From Candidatus Moraniibacteriota bacterium (GTDB taxonomy: Bacteria; Patescibacteriota; Minisyncoccia; Moranbacterales; JAPLXC01): a DNA stretch of 64,000 nt. This document shows positions 16,817-26,336 of this stretch, in pieces. How positions within the stretch are numbered: position 1 is the stretch's first letter; every line of letters begins with the position of its first letter. The DNA lies in the NCBI GenBank assembly GCA_026396275.1, contig JAPLXC010000002.1:74922-138921 (forward strand), written 5' to 3'. The notes under the pieces were generated by a model, which had not been told where the DNA came from, did not search any database, and saw nothing but the letters and a program-made list of their open reading frames with translations. The position numbers were made by a program, and so were the translations under genes.

Positions 16817-18592
16817 TTAAAGCGTTCTTCTCTTCTCCTCTTCCTTATACACAATCAAAGCATCTCCCTCTTTAATCTTCACGTCTCCTTCAAAAGTGAT
16901 TCCGCATTCATTGCCCTGACTGACTTCATCAGTGTTCGCTTTATTTTGCTGAAGATTAGCTAATTTTCCTCTTCCAATTATTTCGCCGTCTCTTTTTACT
17001 TCAATCAGGGAGCCCTTTATTAATTTCCCTTCAGTTACTCTTCCTCCCACGATCATGTCGCGCTTGCCGGTTTTAAAAATTGCTAAAACATTTAACCTTC
17101 CTAAGTCCTCCCGGATAACTTCCGGCGGAAGCATATCAGCCATTTTGTTTTTTACGTCCTGAACAAGCTCATAAATAATTTTGAAGGACTTAATCTCCGT
17201 GCCGCTGGTTTCGGCCAGGCGCTTTGCCACTGGAGTGGCTTCTACGTTAAAACCATAAATTATAGCACTGGCGCTTTCAGCTAATTTTACGTCCGATTCA
17301 GTAATATTTCCCACGCCAGTACCAATATATTCAATTGACAGTTCTTCTGATTTAATTGCTTTCAAAATTTGTTCAACGGCTTCAAGCGACCCTTGGACAT
17401 CGGCCTTAATAACCAGGTTGAGTTTTTTTATTCCGGCTTCTTCCCTTTCTTGTTTTAATTTGGCTTTATCGCTTATCAATTTTCCGGCCAATTCCTTTGA
17501 TTTAAGCCGCGCTGCTGATTTCCCGCTCATTACCTGAAGAATATCGTTGGTCTGGGGCGTGGAATTTAGCCCCATGATCATAACTGGAGTTGACGGTCCG
17601 GCGCTCATAATGTTTCTTCCGATATAGTCCTCCATTTTTCTTATTCGTCCAAAACTTCCTCCAGCCACAACGTCCTGACCGATTTTAAGCGTTCCTGTTT
17701 TAATCAGGACTATTGCAACGGGACCCTTTTGTGGGTCAAGATGAGCTTCAAGGACAACAGCTAGGCCATCACGCTTTGAATCAGCTTTAAAATCCTCAAC
17801 TTCAGCCAGGAGAATAATTTTTTCCAGAAGTTCGTCAATGCCAATATTTTTCTTGGCGCTGATTTCAGCACTCATAATCTCCCCGCTCCACTCTTCAAGA
17901 AGAATTCCATTGTCAGCCAATTCCTGCTTCACTTTCGCAATATTAGCTCCTGGTTTATCAATTTTGTTAACAGCGACAATTGTTGGAATCTTTTTTTCTT
18001 TCAGGTATTCAATGACTTCTTTGGTTTGAGGGCGGACTCCGTCGTCAGCGGCCACCACCAGGACGGCGATATCCGCGATGCTAACGCCGCGCTCCCGCAT
18101 GGCAGAGAATGCTTCATGCCCGGGAGTATCAACAAAAGTGATGGTAATCCCCTTTTTCTTTACTTGGTAAGCGCTGATATGCTGGGTAATTCCTCCGGCT
18201 TCACCGGCCACCACGTTAGTTTTTCGGATTGTATCAAGCAGAGTCGTTTTTCCGTGATCCACATGTCCTAATATGGTAACCACCGGCGGGCGCGGCTGGA
18301 GATTTTTTCCCGATTCTTTTTCTTTGCGACAGATTTCAACCAGTTTTTCAAGAGTGATTACATCGGCGGCGGAGGACTCCAGGTCTTCTTCGGTTTTAAA
18401 CCCCAGATCCTGGGCAATAATACTGGCTGTTTCAAAGTCAATTTCCTCATTGATGGTCGCCAGTATTTTGTTTTTCAAAAGTTCCATAATAATCCGGGAA
18501 ACAGGGAATCCCAGCAACTCGCTAAAGCGCTTGACTGTAACCGATGACGGAATTCTTACCGTCTTTTCAGTTGTTGATTTTTGAATTTCCAT
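16817..18592 (-). CDS. infB: translation initiation factor IF-2
   Basis: GTPase G1 motif VTILGHVDHGKTTLLD, DTPGH, NKID. Domains II and C-terminal beta-barrels. 591 aa. Confidence 0.9.
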   Translation of the reverse strand: MEIQKSTTEKTVRIPSSVTVKRFSELLGFPVSRIIMELLKNKILATINEEIDFETASIIAQDLGFKTEEDLESSAADVITLEKLVEICRKEKESGKNLQPRPPVVTILGHVDHGKTTLLDTIRKTNVVAGEAGGITQHISAYQVKKKGITITFVDTPGHEAFSAMRERGVSIADIAVLVVAADDGVRPQTKEVIEYLKEKKIPTIVAVNKIDKPGANIAKVKQELADNGILLEEWSGEIMSAEISAKKNIGIDELLEKIILLAEVEDFKADSKRDGLAVVLEAHLDPQKGPVAIVLIKTGTLKIGQDVVAGGSFGRIRKMEDYIGRNIMSAGPSTPVMIMGLNSTPQTNDILQVMSGKSAARLKSKELAGKLISDKAKLKQEREEAGIKKLNLVIKADVQGSLEAVEQILKAIKSEELSIEYIGTGVGNITESDVKLAESASAIIYGFNVEATPVAKRLAETSGTEIKSFKIIYELVQDVKNKMADMLPPEVIREDLGRLNVLAIFKTGKRDMIVGGRVTEGKLIKGSLIEVKRDGEIIGRGKLANLQQNKANTDEVSQGNECGITFEGDVKIKEGDALIVYKEEEKRRTL

Positions 18593-18596
18593 AATT

Positions 18597-19103
18597 CTAA
18601 ACTTTTTCTTCTTTAATCGGGCTGGCGATTTTTATCGCTTGTTTTTCTTCTTCCGTCAGCGGATATTTTTTGGACTCTCCCCTGATAACGGGCTTAGCGT
18701 ATACCCGAGTTCCTTCCCGGGTATGAAGAGAAGAAATTACAATGCCGGAATTTTTTCCATCAAGAAGCGCAATAGCAAAACTCTGATCTCCGCCTATATC
18801 TTTGAAAGGATTAAAACGAATCACTCCTATTTTATGCAGTCCCCGAAATGAAAGCGCGTTGATTTTATTTGATATTTCGAAAAGTTCCTGAATTTCTTTG
18901 TCCAGTTCTTTAAGGGATTTTGAGTGACTGGCGATAAGCGCTTCCAGGTTTTGACCGTCTTTTCCGGCGAAAAATAATTCACTTCTTTTGTTTATTGATC
19001 TTATTTGTAATAGGTTAAAAATGCCAAAGACAATGGCAAGAATTCCCAAAGACAGGGTGCTTATTATCAGTATTGTTATATTGGATTGGACCCAGTCATT
19101 CAT
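18597..19103 (-). CDS. small membrane-anchored protein (DUF4446-like) upstream of infB
   Basis: N-terminal TM followed by a conserved ...IGVIRFNPFKDIGGDQSFAIALLD...LHTREGTRVYAKPV... region. Part of the nusA-infB operon neighbourhood. Confidence 0.4.
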   Translation of the reverse strand: MNDWVQSNITILIISTLSLGILAIVFGIFNLLQIRSINKRSELFFAGKDGQNLEALIASHSKSLKELDKEIQELFEISNKINALSFRGLHKIGVIRFNPFKDIGGDQSFAIALLDGKNSGIVISSLHTREGTRVYAKPVIRGESKKYPLTEEEKQAIKIASPIKEEKV

Positions 19104-19346
19104 AACGTTTTTGATAACTAGAGCTTATTTCACGTTAGCATTTATTTCCCCTTGTGTAAAGAAAAAAAGGCAAATGGCGGTTTTTCTAGAACCCGTAAGA
19201 AAGCGGAGGGTACAGGAGTTGAACCCGTAATCCGCTAGGCGGGAAACCGCATTTTCCGCCAAAGGTGGACCAGCCGTTGGCTGGCGAGTTATATAAGCGA
19301 AAGAGGTGAGATTTTCACCCCGCACCTATAAAAATTTTATAAATTT

Positions 19347-19580
19347 GCGGCGGGAGAGGGATTCGAACCCCCGGTACCCTTTCGGATACACCTGATTTCG
19401 AGTTCCCGCACAAAGCGGAAGGAGTGAGATTCGAACTCACGGTCCCGTTTCCGAGACACCGCATTTCGAGTGCGGCCCATTCAACCACTCTGGCATCCTT
19501 CCACTATATGCGGGACGCAGCAGGCCTACGTGTCCCGCACCAATTTTTGGTGCGGGATTCAACCACTCTGGCATCCCGCC
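19347..19580 (-). pseudogene. interrupted tRNA-Ser(CGA)-like outer gene. The 5' piece (19557-19580; acceptor ggcggga plus D-arm) and the 3' piece (19347-19413; anticodon loop, variable arm, T-arm, acceptor tcccgcc) flank the intact tRNA-Ser(CGA).
   Basis: Acceptor strands ggcggga/tcccgcc are complementary. The D-arm is identical to that of the inner Ser gene. The CCCGCACC/GGTGCGGG inverted repeat flanks the insert. Confidence 0.5.
19416..19502 (-). tRNA. tRNA-Ser(CGA)
   Basis: The reverse complement folds as: acceptor ggaagga/tccttcc, D-arm ccagagtggttgaatgg, anticodon arm ccgca-ctCGAaa-tgcgg, long variable arm gtctcggaaacgggacc, T-arm gtgag-ttcgaat-ctcac. Confidence 0.8.
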
Positions 19581-19599
19581 AAAATTTTGGTGCGGGGCG

Positions 19600-19800
19600 G
19601 GCTCACAAAGGGATTGCTCCCTTACGGCTTTTTCTCGACCCCGTAAGAAAGCGAAGGGTATAAGAGTTGAACCTGTGAGGGGATTGCTCCCCAACCGCAT
19701 TTCGAGTGCGGCGCATTAGACCACTCTGCCAACCCCCCGCTTCTCTACGGGGCGAGGCCGCTTCCTTTATTGAATCTCGGCCACTCTTCCAATTATATAA
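19600..19800 (-). repeat. array of further degenerate tRNA-Ser-like fragments (minus strand)
   Basis: A second ccgca-ctCGAaa-tgcgg anticodon arm at 19698-19715; duplicated variable-arm hairpins ggggagcaatcccc / gggagcaatccc; an unusual T-loop ttcaact; and a class-II-like 5' fragment ggaagag-tg-gccgagattc. Confidence 0.4.
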
Positions 19801-19918
19801 TAGCAGATTCAGGATGATCCCGCCTAGTGGGATCATTTTGCCATTTTTGTTTTTTGTTGTAAAATTGATAATATCTGGGAAATAATGATTACCTCTATTT
19901 TTTAAGTGGTGCTAATTT

Positions 19919-20473
19919 ATGCAAACCGGATCTTCCGCAATTGAGAGATTTATTAACCCCCTGTCTATTATCAGACAACTGGATGTCGTTCCGGGAAATG
20001 TGGTGGCTGACTTTGGTTGCGGAGCCGGATATTTTTCAATACCTTTCGCTCAAAAAATAGGAAAAGAAGGGAAGGTGTACTGTCTAGATGTATTGCCGCA
20101 GGCGCTGGAGGCGGTGGAAAGCCGGGCCAAGATAATGGGAATCACCAATATTATTACCCGACGGGTGAATCTGGAAAACAAGCAGGGATCGAAACTCGAT
20201 AAAGAAAGCGTTGACTGGGTAGTGCTGAAAGATATTCTTTTTCAAAACCAGCAAAAAGAAGCTATTATTGAAGAGGTACATCGGGTGCTAAAACCCCAGG
20301 GAAAAACACTGATAGTGGAATGGAATGATAAAGATTTTTCAATCGGGCCGGATAAAAAATTGAGAGTGTCACTGAAGACATTGTCGAAGACGGTAGGAAA
20401 GCATAAATTTTCCATTGAGAAAGTGCTGGAAGCCGGCAATTTTCATTACGCGATGGTTTTAGCAAAGCACTAA
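19919..20473 (+). CDS. class I SAM-dependent methyltransferase
   Basis: Motif I VADFGCGAGYFSIPFA and post-I acidic residue (CLDVLP). 184 aa. Confidence 0.65.
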   Translation: MQTGSSAIERFINPLSIIRQLDVVPGNVVADFGCGAGYFSIPFAQKIGKEGKVYCLDVLPQALEAVESRAKIMGITNIITRRVNLENKQGSKLDKESVDWVVLKDILFQNQQKEAIIEEVHRVLKPQGKTLIVEWNDKDFSIGPDKKLRVSLKTLSKTVGKHKFSIEKVLEAGNFHYAMVLAKH

Positions 20474-20538
20474 AGCATCTAATCCAAAAAATTAGCAAAT
20501 GCGGATAGTAACTCTTTAACATTTTCGTTCTAAAAACG

Positions 20539-21954
20539 ATGCAATCAAAAATAAAAATACTGGTAGCTTTCATAGTCCTTACTTCTTTGTTTTTTTTCTC
20601 GGGTTGCTTGAAGAAAAAGGAAACCGTTTATAAAGTTAATCTGGAAATCTGGGGCGTTTTTGACAACTCCGATGCCTATGGAAAAATTGCCCAAGCATAC
20701 CGGGAAATAAATCCTTTTGTCGGTGAAATAAAATACCGCAAGTTCGAGGCGGATAATTACAAGAGAGATCTTCTTGACGCTCTGGCTTCCGGACAGGGGC
20801 CGGACATTTTTTTCTTCCACAATACTTGGCTTCCTTCTTTTGCTGATAAAGTCGAGCCGGCTCCCGATTGGCTTCTGGGAGAGCAGGAATTTCGTCAAAA
20901 TTTTGTGGATGTAGCCGCTAATGATTTTTTGGACAAAAGCAAAGTATACGCCGTGCCGCTAAGCGTTGATTCACTGGCACTTTACTATAATAAAGATTTA
21001 TTCAATGCGGAAGGAATTACCTCCCCTCCTGCCACCTGGAAAGAGTTAGTAGAAGATGTTAAACGGCTTACCAAAATCGATCAGTTTGGAAACATCGTCC
21101 AGCAGGGAGCGGCTCTGGGAACAGCTTACAATATCAATCGGTCCACCGATGTTCTGGGTTTGATAATGATGCAAAAAGGTGCCCAAATGATCAATGAAGA
21201 CAGAACTCAAGCTGCCTTTGGCTATCCTGTTACCGTTGGCGAAAAATCCATTCAAGCGGGAGAAGAAGCATTTGATTTTTACACGCAGTTTGCCCGCTCC
21301 AGCTCGCCCCAATACGGCTGGAATTCGCGGATGCATTATTCCATTGATTCTTTTTTTGAAGGAACAGCCGCGATGATGATCAACTATTCTTGGCACTATC
21401 CGACCATCAAAAGCAAAAATTCAAAGCTGAATTTTGCTGTTGCTCCCGTTCCTCAATTCCAGGGAACCCCTCCGGTCAATTACGCTAATTACTGGGGGCT
21501 GGCGGTGGCTAAAAATAAAATAATTTCTTCTCCTTCTAATCCGCAATTGACAGGAAGTGAAGAAGTGGTGCCGGACAACAAAGTGCGTATTCATGAGGCC
21601 TGGCAATTTTTGAAATTTTTGGCGATAAGAAACAACGGAAAAATTACTCTGGTAAACGGCATCACCGGAAACAGCAAGGAATTCCCCGTCAGCATTGATC
21701 CGGTGGTTGAATACCTGAAAGAAACCGGAAATCCGGCGGCGCGAAGGGACATTATTGAAAAACAAAAAAGCGACCCAATTCTCGGCTCCTTTGTTTATGG
21801 CAATTTAATCGCCAAAAACTGGTATCAAACCGAACCGGAAGCCATTGAAACAATACTGGCCGAAGCCATTGATTCGGTTAACCGGGGAAAGATGACTGTC
21901 CGCGACGCGCTGGAGCTGGCCGAAACGCGAGTGAGCCAGCTAATGAGAAAGTAA
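20539..21954 (+). CDS. lipoprotein, extracellular solute-binding protein (ABC-transporter SBP family 1-like)
   Basis: Signal peptide with lipobox (FFFSGC) and SBP-like size and composition (471 aa). No adjacent permease genes are in the window. Confidence 0.45.
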   Translation: MQSKIKILVAFIVLTSLFFFSGCLKKKETVYKVNLEIWGVFDNSDAYGKIAQAYREINPFVGEIKYRKFEADNYKRDLLDALASGQGPDIFFFHNTWLPSFADKVEPAPDWLLGEQEFRQNFVDVAANDFLDKSKVYAVPLSVDSLALYYNKDLFNAEGITSPPATWKELVEDVKRLTKIDQFGNIVQQGAALGTAYNINRSTDVLGLIMMQKGAQMINEDRTQAAFGYPVTVGEKSIQAGEEAFDFYTQFARSSSPQYGWNSRMHYSIDSFFEGTAAMMINYSWHYPTIKSKNSKLNFAVAPVPQFQGTPPVNYANYWGLAVAKNKIISSPSNPQLTGSEEVVPDNKVRIHEAWQFLKFLAIRNNGKITLVNGITGNSKEFPVSIDPVVEYLKETGNPAARRDIIEKQKSDPILGSFVYGNLIAKNWYQTEPEAIETILAEAIDSVNRGKMTVRDALELAETRVSQLMRK

Positions 21955-21997
21955 TTTTTCTTTATTGCTAATAATTATTAATATCAACTAATTCCCT

Positions 21998-22609
21998 ATG
22001 AATTTTAAAAAATATTATTTAATAGCGACTGCCAGTGTTATTCTCGCCTTAATTTTTCCTTTTGTTTCTTTAGCCCAATGCAAGGCGGAAGGAAATGTAA
22101 TAGAGTTTTGCAATCCTCTCCGGTTCAACACGGTGCAGGAAGTTTTAGCGAGCTTAATGGCTTCCCTTCAAGGAGTAATTGTAGTCATCTCTATTATTTT
22201 CATAATTATCGGGGCGGTGTTTTACATTACTTCGGGCGGGAGCGAAGATCGGATAAAAACCGCCAAGAAAGCCATTCTTGCCTCAATGATCGGACTAGCT
22301 ATTGGAATTGCGGCACCGACATTCCTAAAGGAAATATCAAGCATCTTAGGATGGACAAATCAGCCACCGGAGTTACAACAGGCGAAAAGCATTGCCGAAA
22401 TAGCTCTTAGTGTCCTGAATTTTCTTCTGGGAATTGTCGGGGCTCTGGCGCTCATTATGATGATAATTGGGGGAATTATGTATCTCACCGCAGCGGGAAA
22501 CGAGGACCGAATTGATGCAGGCAAAAAGATTTTCAAGTTTTCCCTAATTGGAATTGCCGTGGCGCTGGCATCGCTGGTTATTATCAGACAAATTGCCTTG
22601 TTTTTTTAA
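21998..22609 (+). CDS. T4SS-type pilin (TrbC/VirB2-like) with two tandem pilin domains
   Basis: Signal peptide, then two copies of the hydrophobic-YxTxGG(S/N)EDRI(x)AKK-hydrophobic module (FYITSGGSEDRIKTAKKAILASMIGLAIGI and MYLTAAGNEDRIDAGKKIFKFSLIGIAVAL). Confidence 0.6.
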   Translation: MNFKKYYLIATASVILALIFPFVSLAQCKAEGNVIEFCNPLRFNTVQEVLASLMASLQGVIVVISIIFIIIGAVFYITSGGSEDRIKTAKKAILASMIGLAIGIAAPTFLKEISSILGWTNQPPELQQAKSIAEIALSVLNFLLGIVGALALIMMIIGGIMYLTAAGNEDRIDAGKKIFKFSLIGIAVALASLVIIRQIALFF

Positions 22610-22641
22610 TCAATATTTTTTAACGCAAAGAATTTAGACCA

Positions 22642-23097
22642 ATGCTATTCAATGTTCCCCAATTTATTGATGTGGAAGACAAAGTGGCCGGTCCCTTCAC
22701 GGCCAAGCAGCTTCTTTGGATGTTTGGAATGGGCGCGGTACTGCTAGTGCTCTGGAACATACTTGAAAAACCGGCTTTTTTTGTTTCCGCTGTTCCGATA
22801 GTTGCTCTTTTTATGGCTTTGGCTTTTTATCGCCCCTATAACCAGCCACTAATAAGATTTATTCTTTTTTCTTTACTGTTCCTTTTCCGCCCCAAGGTGT
22901 ATGTGTGGAAAAGAATTCCTCATAAAATAGCATCTCAGGCAGGAAAGAAAAAAACGCCTGCTACGATGGAAAAAGAAAAAAAGAAAATGCTCAATCCGGA
23001 AAATATAGAAGCGTTAGCGCGAGTGCTGGACAGCGAGGGCAGGGAACGGAATGAAAAAATTATGGAGATAATAAAGAGAAATCAAAAATCAAAATGA
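22642..23097 (+). CDS. VirB3/PrgI-like small membrane protein of the T4SS-like system
   Basis: 151 aa with two adjacent TM helices after an N-terminal ...FIDVEDKVAGPFTAKQLLWM... segment. Sits immediately upstream of the VirB4 ORFs. Confidence 0.4.
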   Translation: MLFNVPQFIDVEDKVAGPFTAKQLLWMFGMGAVLLVLWNILEKPAFFVSAVPIVALFMALAFYRPYNQPLIRFILFSLLFLFRPKVYVWKRIPHKIASQAGKKKTPATMEKEKKKMLNPENIEALARVLDSEGRERNEKIMEIIKRNQKSK

Positions 23098-23185
23098 AAA
23101 AATCAAGATTCTAAATCAAAATTAAAAAATTTTTAAGTTCTAAGGTCTCTTAATTTCAATTTTTTATCTTTTTGCATTTTGATAT

Positions 23186-23890
23186 TTGATTTTTAATATT
23201 GCTATGGAGTTACTACATTCGAAAAAATTAACCGCCGGGAGTGGAGCCAGCACGCAAAAGTACGTGGACGTTGAAGAGATTAAAAACGGAGTTATCGTTC
23301 TTAAAAACGGGTCTTTGAGGGCCATTCTTTTGGTCTCTTCCATAAATTTCGAGCTTAAGTCCACGGAAGAGCAGGACGCAATCGTCGGCCAATATCAAAA
23401 CTTCCTTAATTCTCTGGATTTCCCTGTTCAGATTATTGTCAGTTCCCGACGGCTCAATATTGGTCCCTATCTGGATTTTTTAGGGGATAAAGAAAGTCAG
23501 CAGACGAATGAATTATTGCGGCTCCAGATTTCCGAATACATAAACTTCATTAAAAATCTCACCGAGGTCTCCAATATAATGTCCAAGTTTTTCTATATCG
23601 TGATCCCCTTTTCTCCAGTGGAAACAAAAGAAGGAGGGCCTTTCCGGAAACTCACTTCAATGTTCAACCCTCGACAGTCAATACTGCGCAAGCGAGAACT
23701 TTTTGAGACATACGAAAACCAGCTGTGGCAAAGAGTGGATCACGTGGTTGCCGGGCTGAGCGGAACAGGAGTAAAAGTTACTCCTCTGGGTACTGAAGAG
23801 GTAATTGAGCTGCTGTATAATTCCTATAATCCAACAATCTATACCAACTCAATCGTCCGGGAGATTGAAAATATTGAACTAGGAAAATAA
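23186..23890 (+). CDS. VirB4/TrbE-like N-terminal domain, encoded as a separate ORF
   Basis: 234 aa ending 4 nt before the ATPase ORF. Together the two ORFs reach the normal VirB4 length (~840 aa). Own RBS (AGGAAA) precedes the downstream ATG. Confidence 0.5.
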   Translation: MIFNIAMELLHSKKLTAGSGASTQKYVDVEEIKNGVIVLKNGSLRAILLVSSINFELKSTEEQDAIVGQYQNFLNSLDFPVQIIVSSRRLNIGPYLDFLGDKESQQTNELLRLQISEYINFIKNLTEVSNIMSKFFYIVIPFSPVETKEGGPFRKLTSMFNPRQSILRKRELFETYENQLWQRVDHVVAGLSGTGVKVTPLGTEEVIELLYNSYNPTIYTNSIVREIENIELGK

Positions 23891-23894
23891 AATT

Positions 23895-25706
23895 ATGTTT
23901 GATCTGGGAAAAAATAAAAAAGAAAAAGACACACTGCTGGAAAGCGAAGAACTTTATCAAGCAGGAGAGGCAACTATTAAGGACTTGATTGCTCCGGCGG
24001 CGGTGAAGATTAATGCCAACTATATCCAAATTGGCGAGACCTACACCCGAACACTTTTTGTCATTACCTACCCCCGTTATCTTCACACTAGCTGGTTTTC
24101 GCCGATTATCAACATTGATTTTCCGCTGGACATCGCCATGTTTATTCATCCGGTTGATACCAACGAAATCCTGAAAACTTTGCGCAAATCCACCACCCGG
24201 GTGCAGTCAGAAATTCACTTGGAGGAAGAAGCCGGAAAAATTCGCGACCCGATTTTGGAAACCGCCCTTCGGGATATTGAGGACTTGCGCGACAAGCTTC
24301 AGCAAGGGACTGAAAAATTCTTTCGATTCGGTCTTTACATGACCGTTTACGGGAAGAGTTATGATGAAGTAAGCAAGATCTGCCAGCAAATTGAGGCCAT
24401 TTTAGAAGCGCAACTGGTTTACGTGAAGCCGGCGGTACTTAAAACCGAACAGGCCTTTTCTTCCACGCTGCCGCTGGCTAACGACGAGCTGGATGTCGGG
24501 AATAATCTCAATACCTCCCCTCTTTCCACCACTTTTCCTTTCGTTTCTTCCGACCTTTCCTCCAATGAAGGAATTCTTTACGGCATCAACCGGCACAACA
24601 ATAGTTTAATTCTTTTTGACCGGTTCAATATGGAGAATGCTAATATGGTGATTTTCGCCAAATCCGGAGCCGGGAAAAGTTATTCCGTGAAACTGGAGGT
24701 GCTGCGCTCGATGATGCTGGGGACAAACGTGATGATTATTGACCCGGAAAACGAATATAAATATCTGTGCGAAACGGTCGGCGGAACCTTTGTTAAAATT
24801 TCTTTGGACTCCCATTTTCACCTCAATCCCTTTGATCTTCCTAAAATCAAAGAAGACGAAGATCCGGAAGGAGTTATCCGCAATACCATCGCTAATATTA
24901 TCGGTCTTCTTCATCTCATGCTCGGATCAGTCACGCCGGAAGAGGATTCAATTTTGGATCGAGCCATTCGAGAGACCTACGCGGTGCGCGACATTACTCC
25001 CCAGAGCAACTTCCAGTCGTTTACTTCCAATTCTTTCCCGACGATGTCCGATCTTTATGAAGTGCTGCGCAATATGGAGGGAGCGGAATCGCTGGCGATG
25101 CGTCTTGAAAAATACACCGAAGGAATTTTTTCCGGCTTTCTCAATAATCCCACCAACGTGAATATTGACAACCAGCTGGTAGTGTTCAACATTCGCGATT
25201 TGGAAGAGGAACTTCGCCCAGTGGCGATGTACGTTGTTTTACAATTCATCTGGAATGAGATGCGTTCGGAGCTAAAGAAGCGTTTAGTAGTAGTGGATGA
25301 GGCCTGGGTAATGATGCAAAATGAAGACGCCGCTTCTTTTATGTTTGGCATTGCCAAAAGGTGCCGCAAGTACTACACGGGACTTACCACTATTACTCAA
25401 GACATTACTGACTTTTTGGCTTCCCGCTACGGAAAGCCGATTGTCACCAACTCCTCGATTCAGTTGCTTCTCCGCCAGTCGCCAGCGGCCATTGAAACAG
25501 TAGTGGAGACGTTTTACCTTACCGATCAGGAGAAATTTCTGCTTTTGGAAAGCAACGTCGGGGAAGGAATATTTTTTGCCGGCACCAAGCATGTGGCGAT
25601 TAAAATCATCGCTTCCTATAGTGAGGATCAGATTATTACTTCCGATCCACGCCAGCTGCTGGAAATAGAGCAAGCCAAAAAAGAATTTGGCGAGGAAAAA
25701 ATGTAG
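23895..25706 (+). CDS. virB4: VirB4/TrbE/CagE-family T4SS ATPase (C-terminal ATPase portion)
   Basis: Walker A IFAKSGAGKSYSVK, Walker B LVVVDEAWVMMQNEDAA, and the TTITQDITDF motif. Confidence 0.85.
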   Translation: MFDLGKNKKEKDTLLESEELYQAGEATIKDLIAPAAVKINANYIQIGETYTRTLFVITYPRYLHTSWFSPIINIDFPLDIAMFIHPVDTNEILKTLRKSTTRVQSEIHLEEEAGKIRDPILETALRDIEDLRDKLQQGTEKFFRFGLYMTVYGKSYDEVSKICQQIEAILEAQLVYVKPAVLKTEQAFSSTLPLANDELDVGNNLNTSPLSTTFPFVSSDLSSNEGILYGINRHNNSLILFDRFNMENANMVIFAKSGAGKSYSVKLEVLRSMMLGTNVMIIDPENEYKYLCETVGGTFVKISLDSHFHLNPFDLPKIKEDEDPEGVIRNTIANIIGLLHLMLGSVTPEEDSILDRAIRETYAVRDITPQSNFQSFTSNSFPTMSDLYEVLRNMEGAESLAMRLEKYTEGIFSGFLNNPTNVNIDNQLVVFNIRDLEEELRPVAMYVVLQFIWNEMRSELKKRLVVVDEAWVMMQNEDAASFMFGIAKRCRKYYTGLTTITQDITDFLASRYGKPIVTNSSIQLLLRQSPAAIETVVETFYLTDQEKFLLLESNVGEGIFFAGTKHVAIKIIASYSEDQIITSDPRQLLEIEQAKKEFGEEKM

Positions 25707-25722
25707 ATATTGAATTATCTTT

Positions 25723-26253
25723 ATGTCCGAGCATGATCACAGGAGACGTTTGGCAGAAGCCAGAAAAAAATATCAGGATACGAAAAAAATTGCGGCTGAA
25801 GCCAAGACCTTGGTAAAATCCGCCACTCCCTGGGGAGTGTTTTCTTTACTTTCCCAATTTAATTTATTTGCTGACTGGGTCTACGCAGCAGCGCTCGCAG
25901 CAGCTATTTTTAAAGATTTTTTTTTAGACCTTATATTTGGTTTTATTCCTGCTGTTGGAGCAGTAATAACTTGGCTCGTTTCAATTTTTATTTTTTTCAT
26001 GATGATTCTTTCCAATACGCTAGAAAAAGACCGCACTGTCTTTCAGCGAACACTTATAAGATACATAACTCGTTTTCTAATCCTGATCCTAGTTACAATT
26101 TGTGAGTCTATCCCAGCGATAGAAGTATTACCACTGGAGACAATTGGAGTCATTGCAATTTATTTGTTTACTTTAGCAGCTAGGAAAAATGCAGAAGAAG
26201 TTAAAAAGAAAGCAAGGACCGCTCAGGCGTCAATGGAGGAAGAATATGTATAA
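25723..26253 (+). CDS. small integral membrane protein, T4SS-associated by position
   Basis: 176 aa with about 4 TM segments. Translationally coupled to virB4. Confidence 0.3.
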   Translation: MSEHDHRRRLAEARKKYQDTKKIAAEAKTLVKSATPWGVFSLLSQFNLFADWVYAAALAAAIFKDFFLDLIFGFIPAVGAVITWLVSIFIFFMMILSNTLEKDRTVFQRTLIRYITRFLILILVTICESIPAIEVLPLETIGVIAIYLFTLAARKNAEEVKKKARTAQASMEEEYV

Positions 26254-26336
26254 TAAATCAAAAATCAAATATCAAAATGCAAAATTTTATCCTTTTTAAA
26301 TTTTGATTTTTACATTTTGATTTTAGCGCAGCGCTT

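Noticed and set aside
19141-19415. tmRNA or RNase P RNA in the hairpin-rich minus-strand region next to tRNA-Ser
   Set aside because: It contains a T-arm/acceptor-like minihelix but no recognisable tmRNA tag-reading frame and no P4/CR-I/CR-V RNase P motifs. It aligns better as tRNA-Ser-derived fragments.
19424-19836. Track ORFs 19424..19663, 19437..19700 and 19603..19836
   Set aside because: They lie on the minus-strand tRNA-Ser cluster and fragments.
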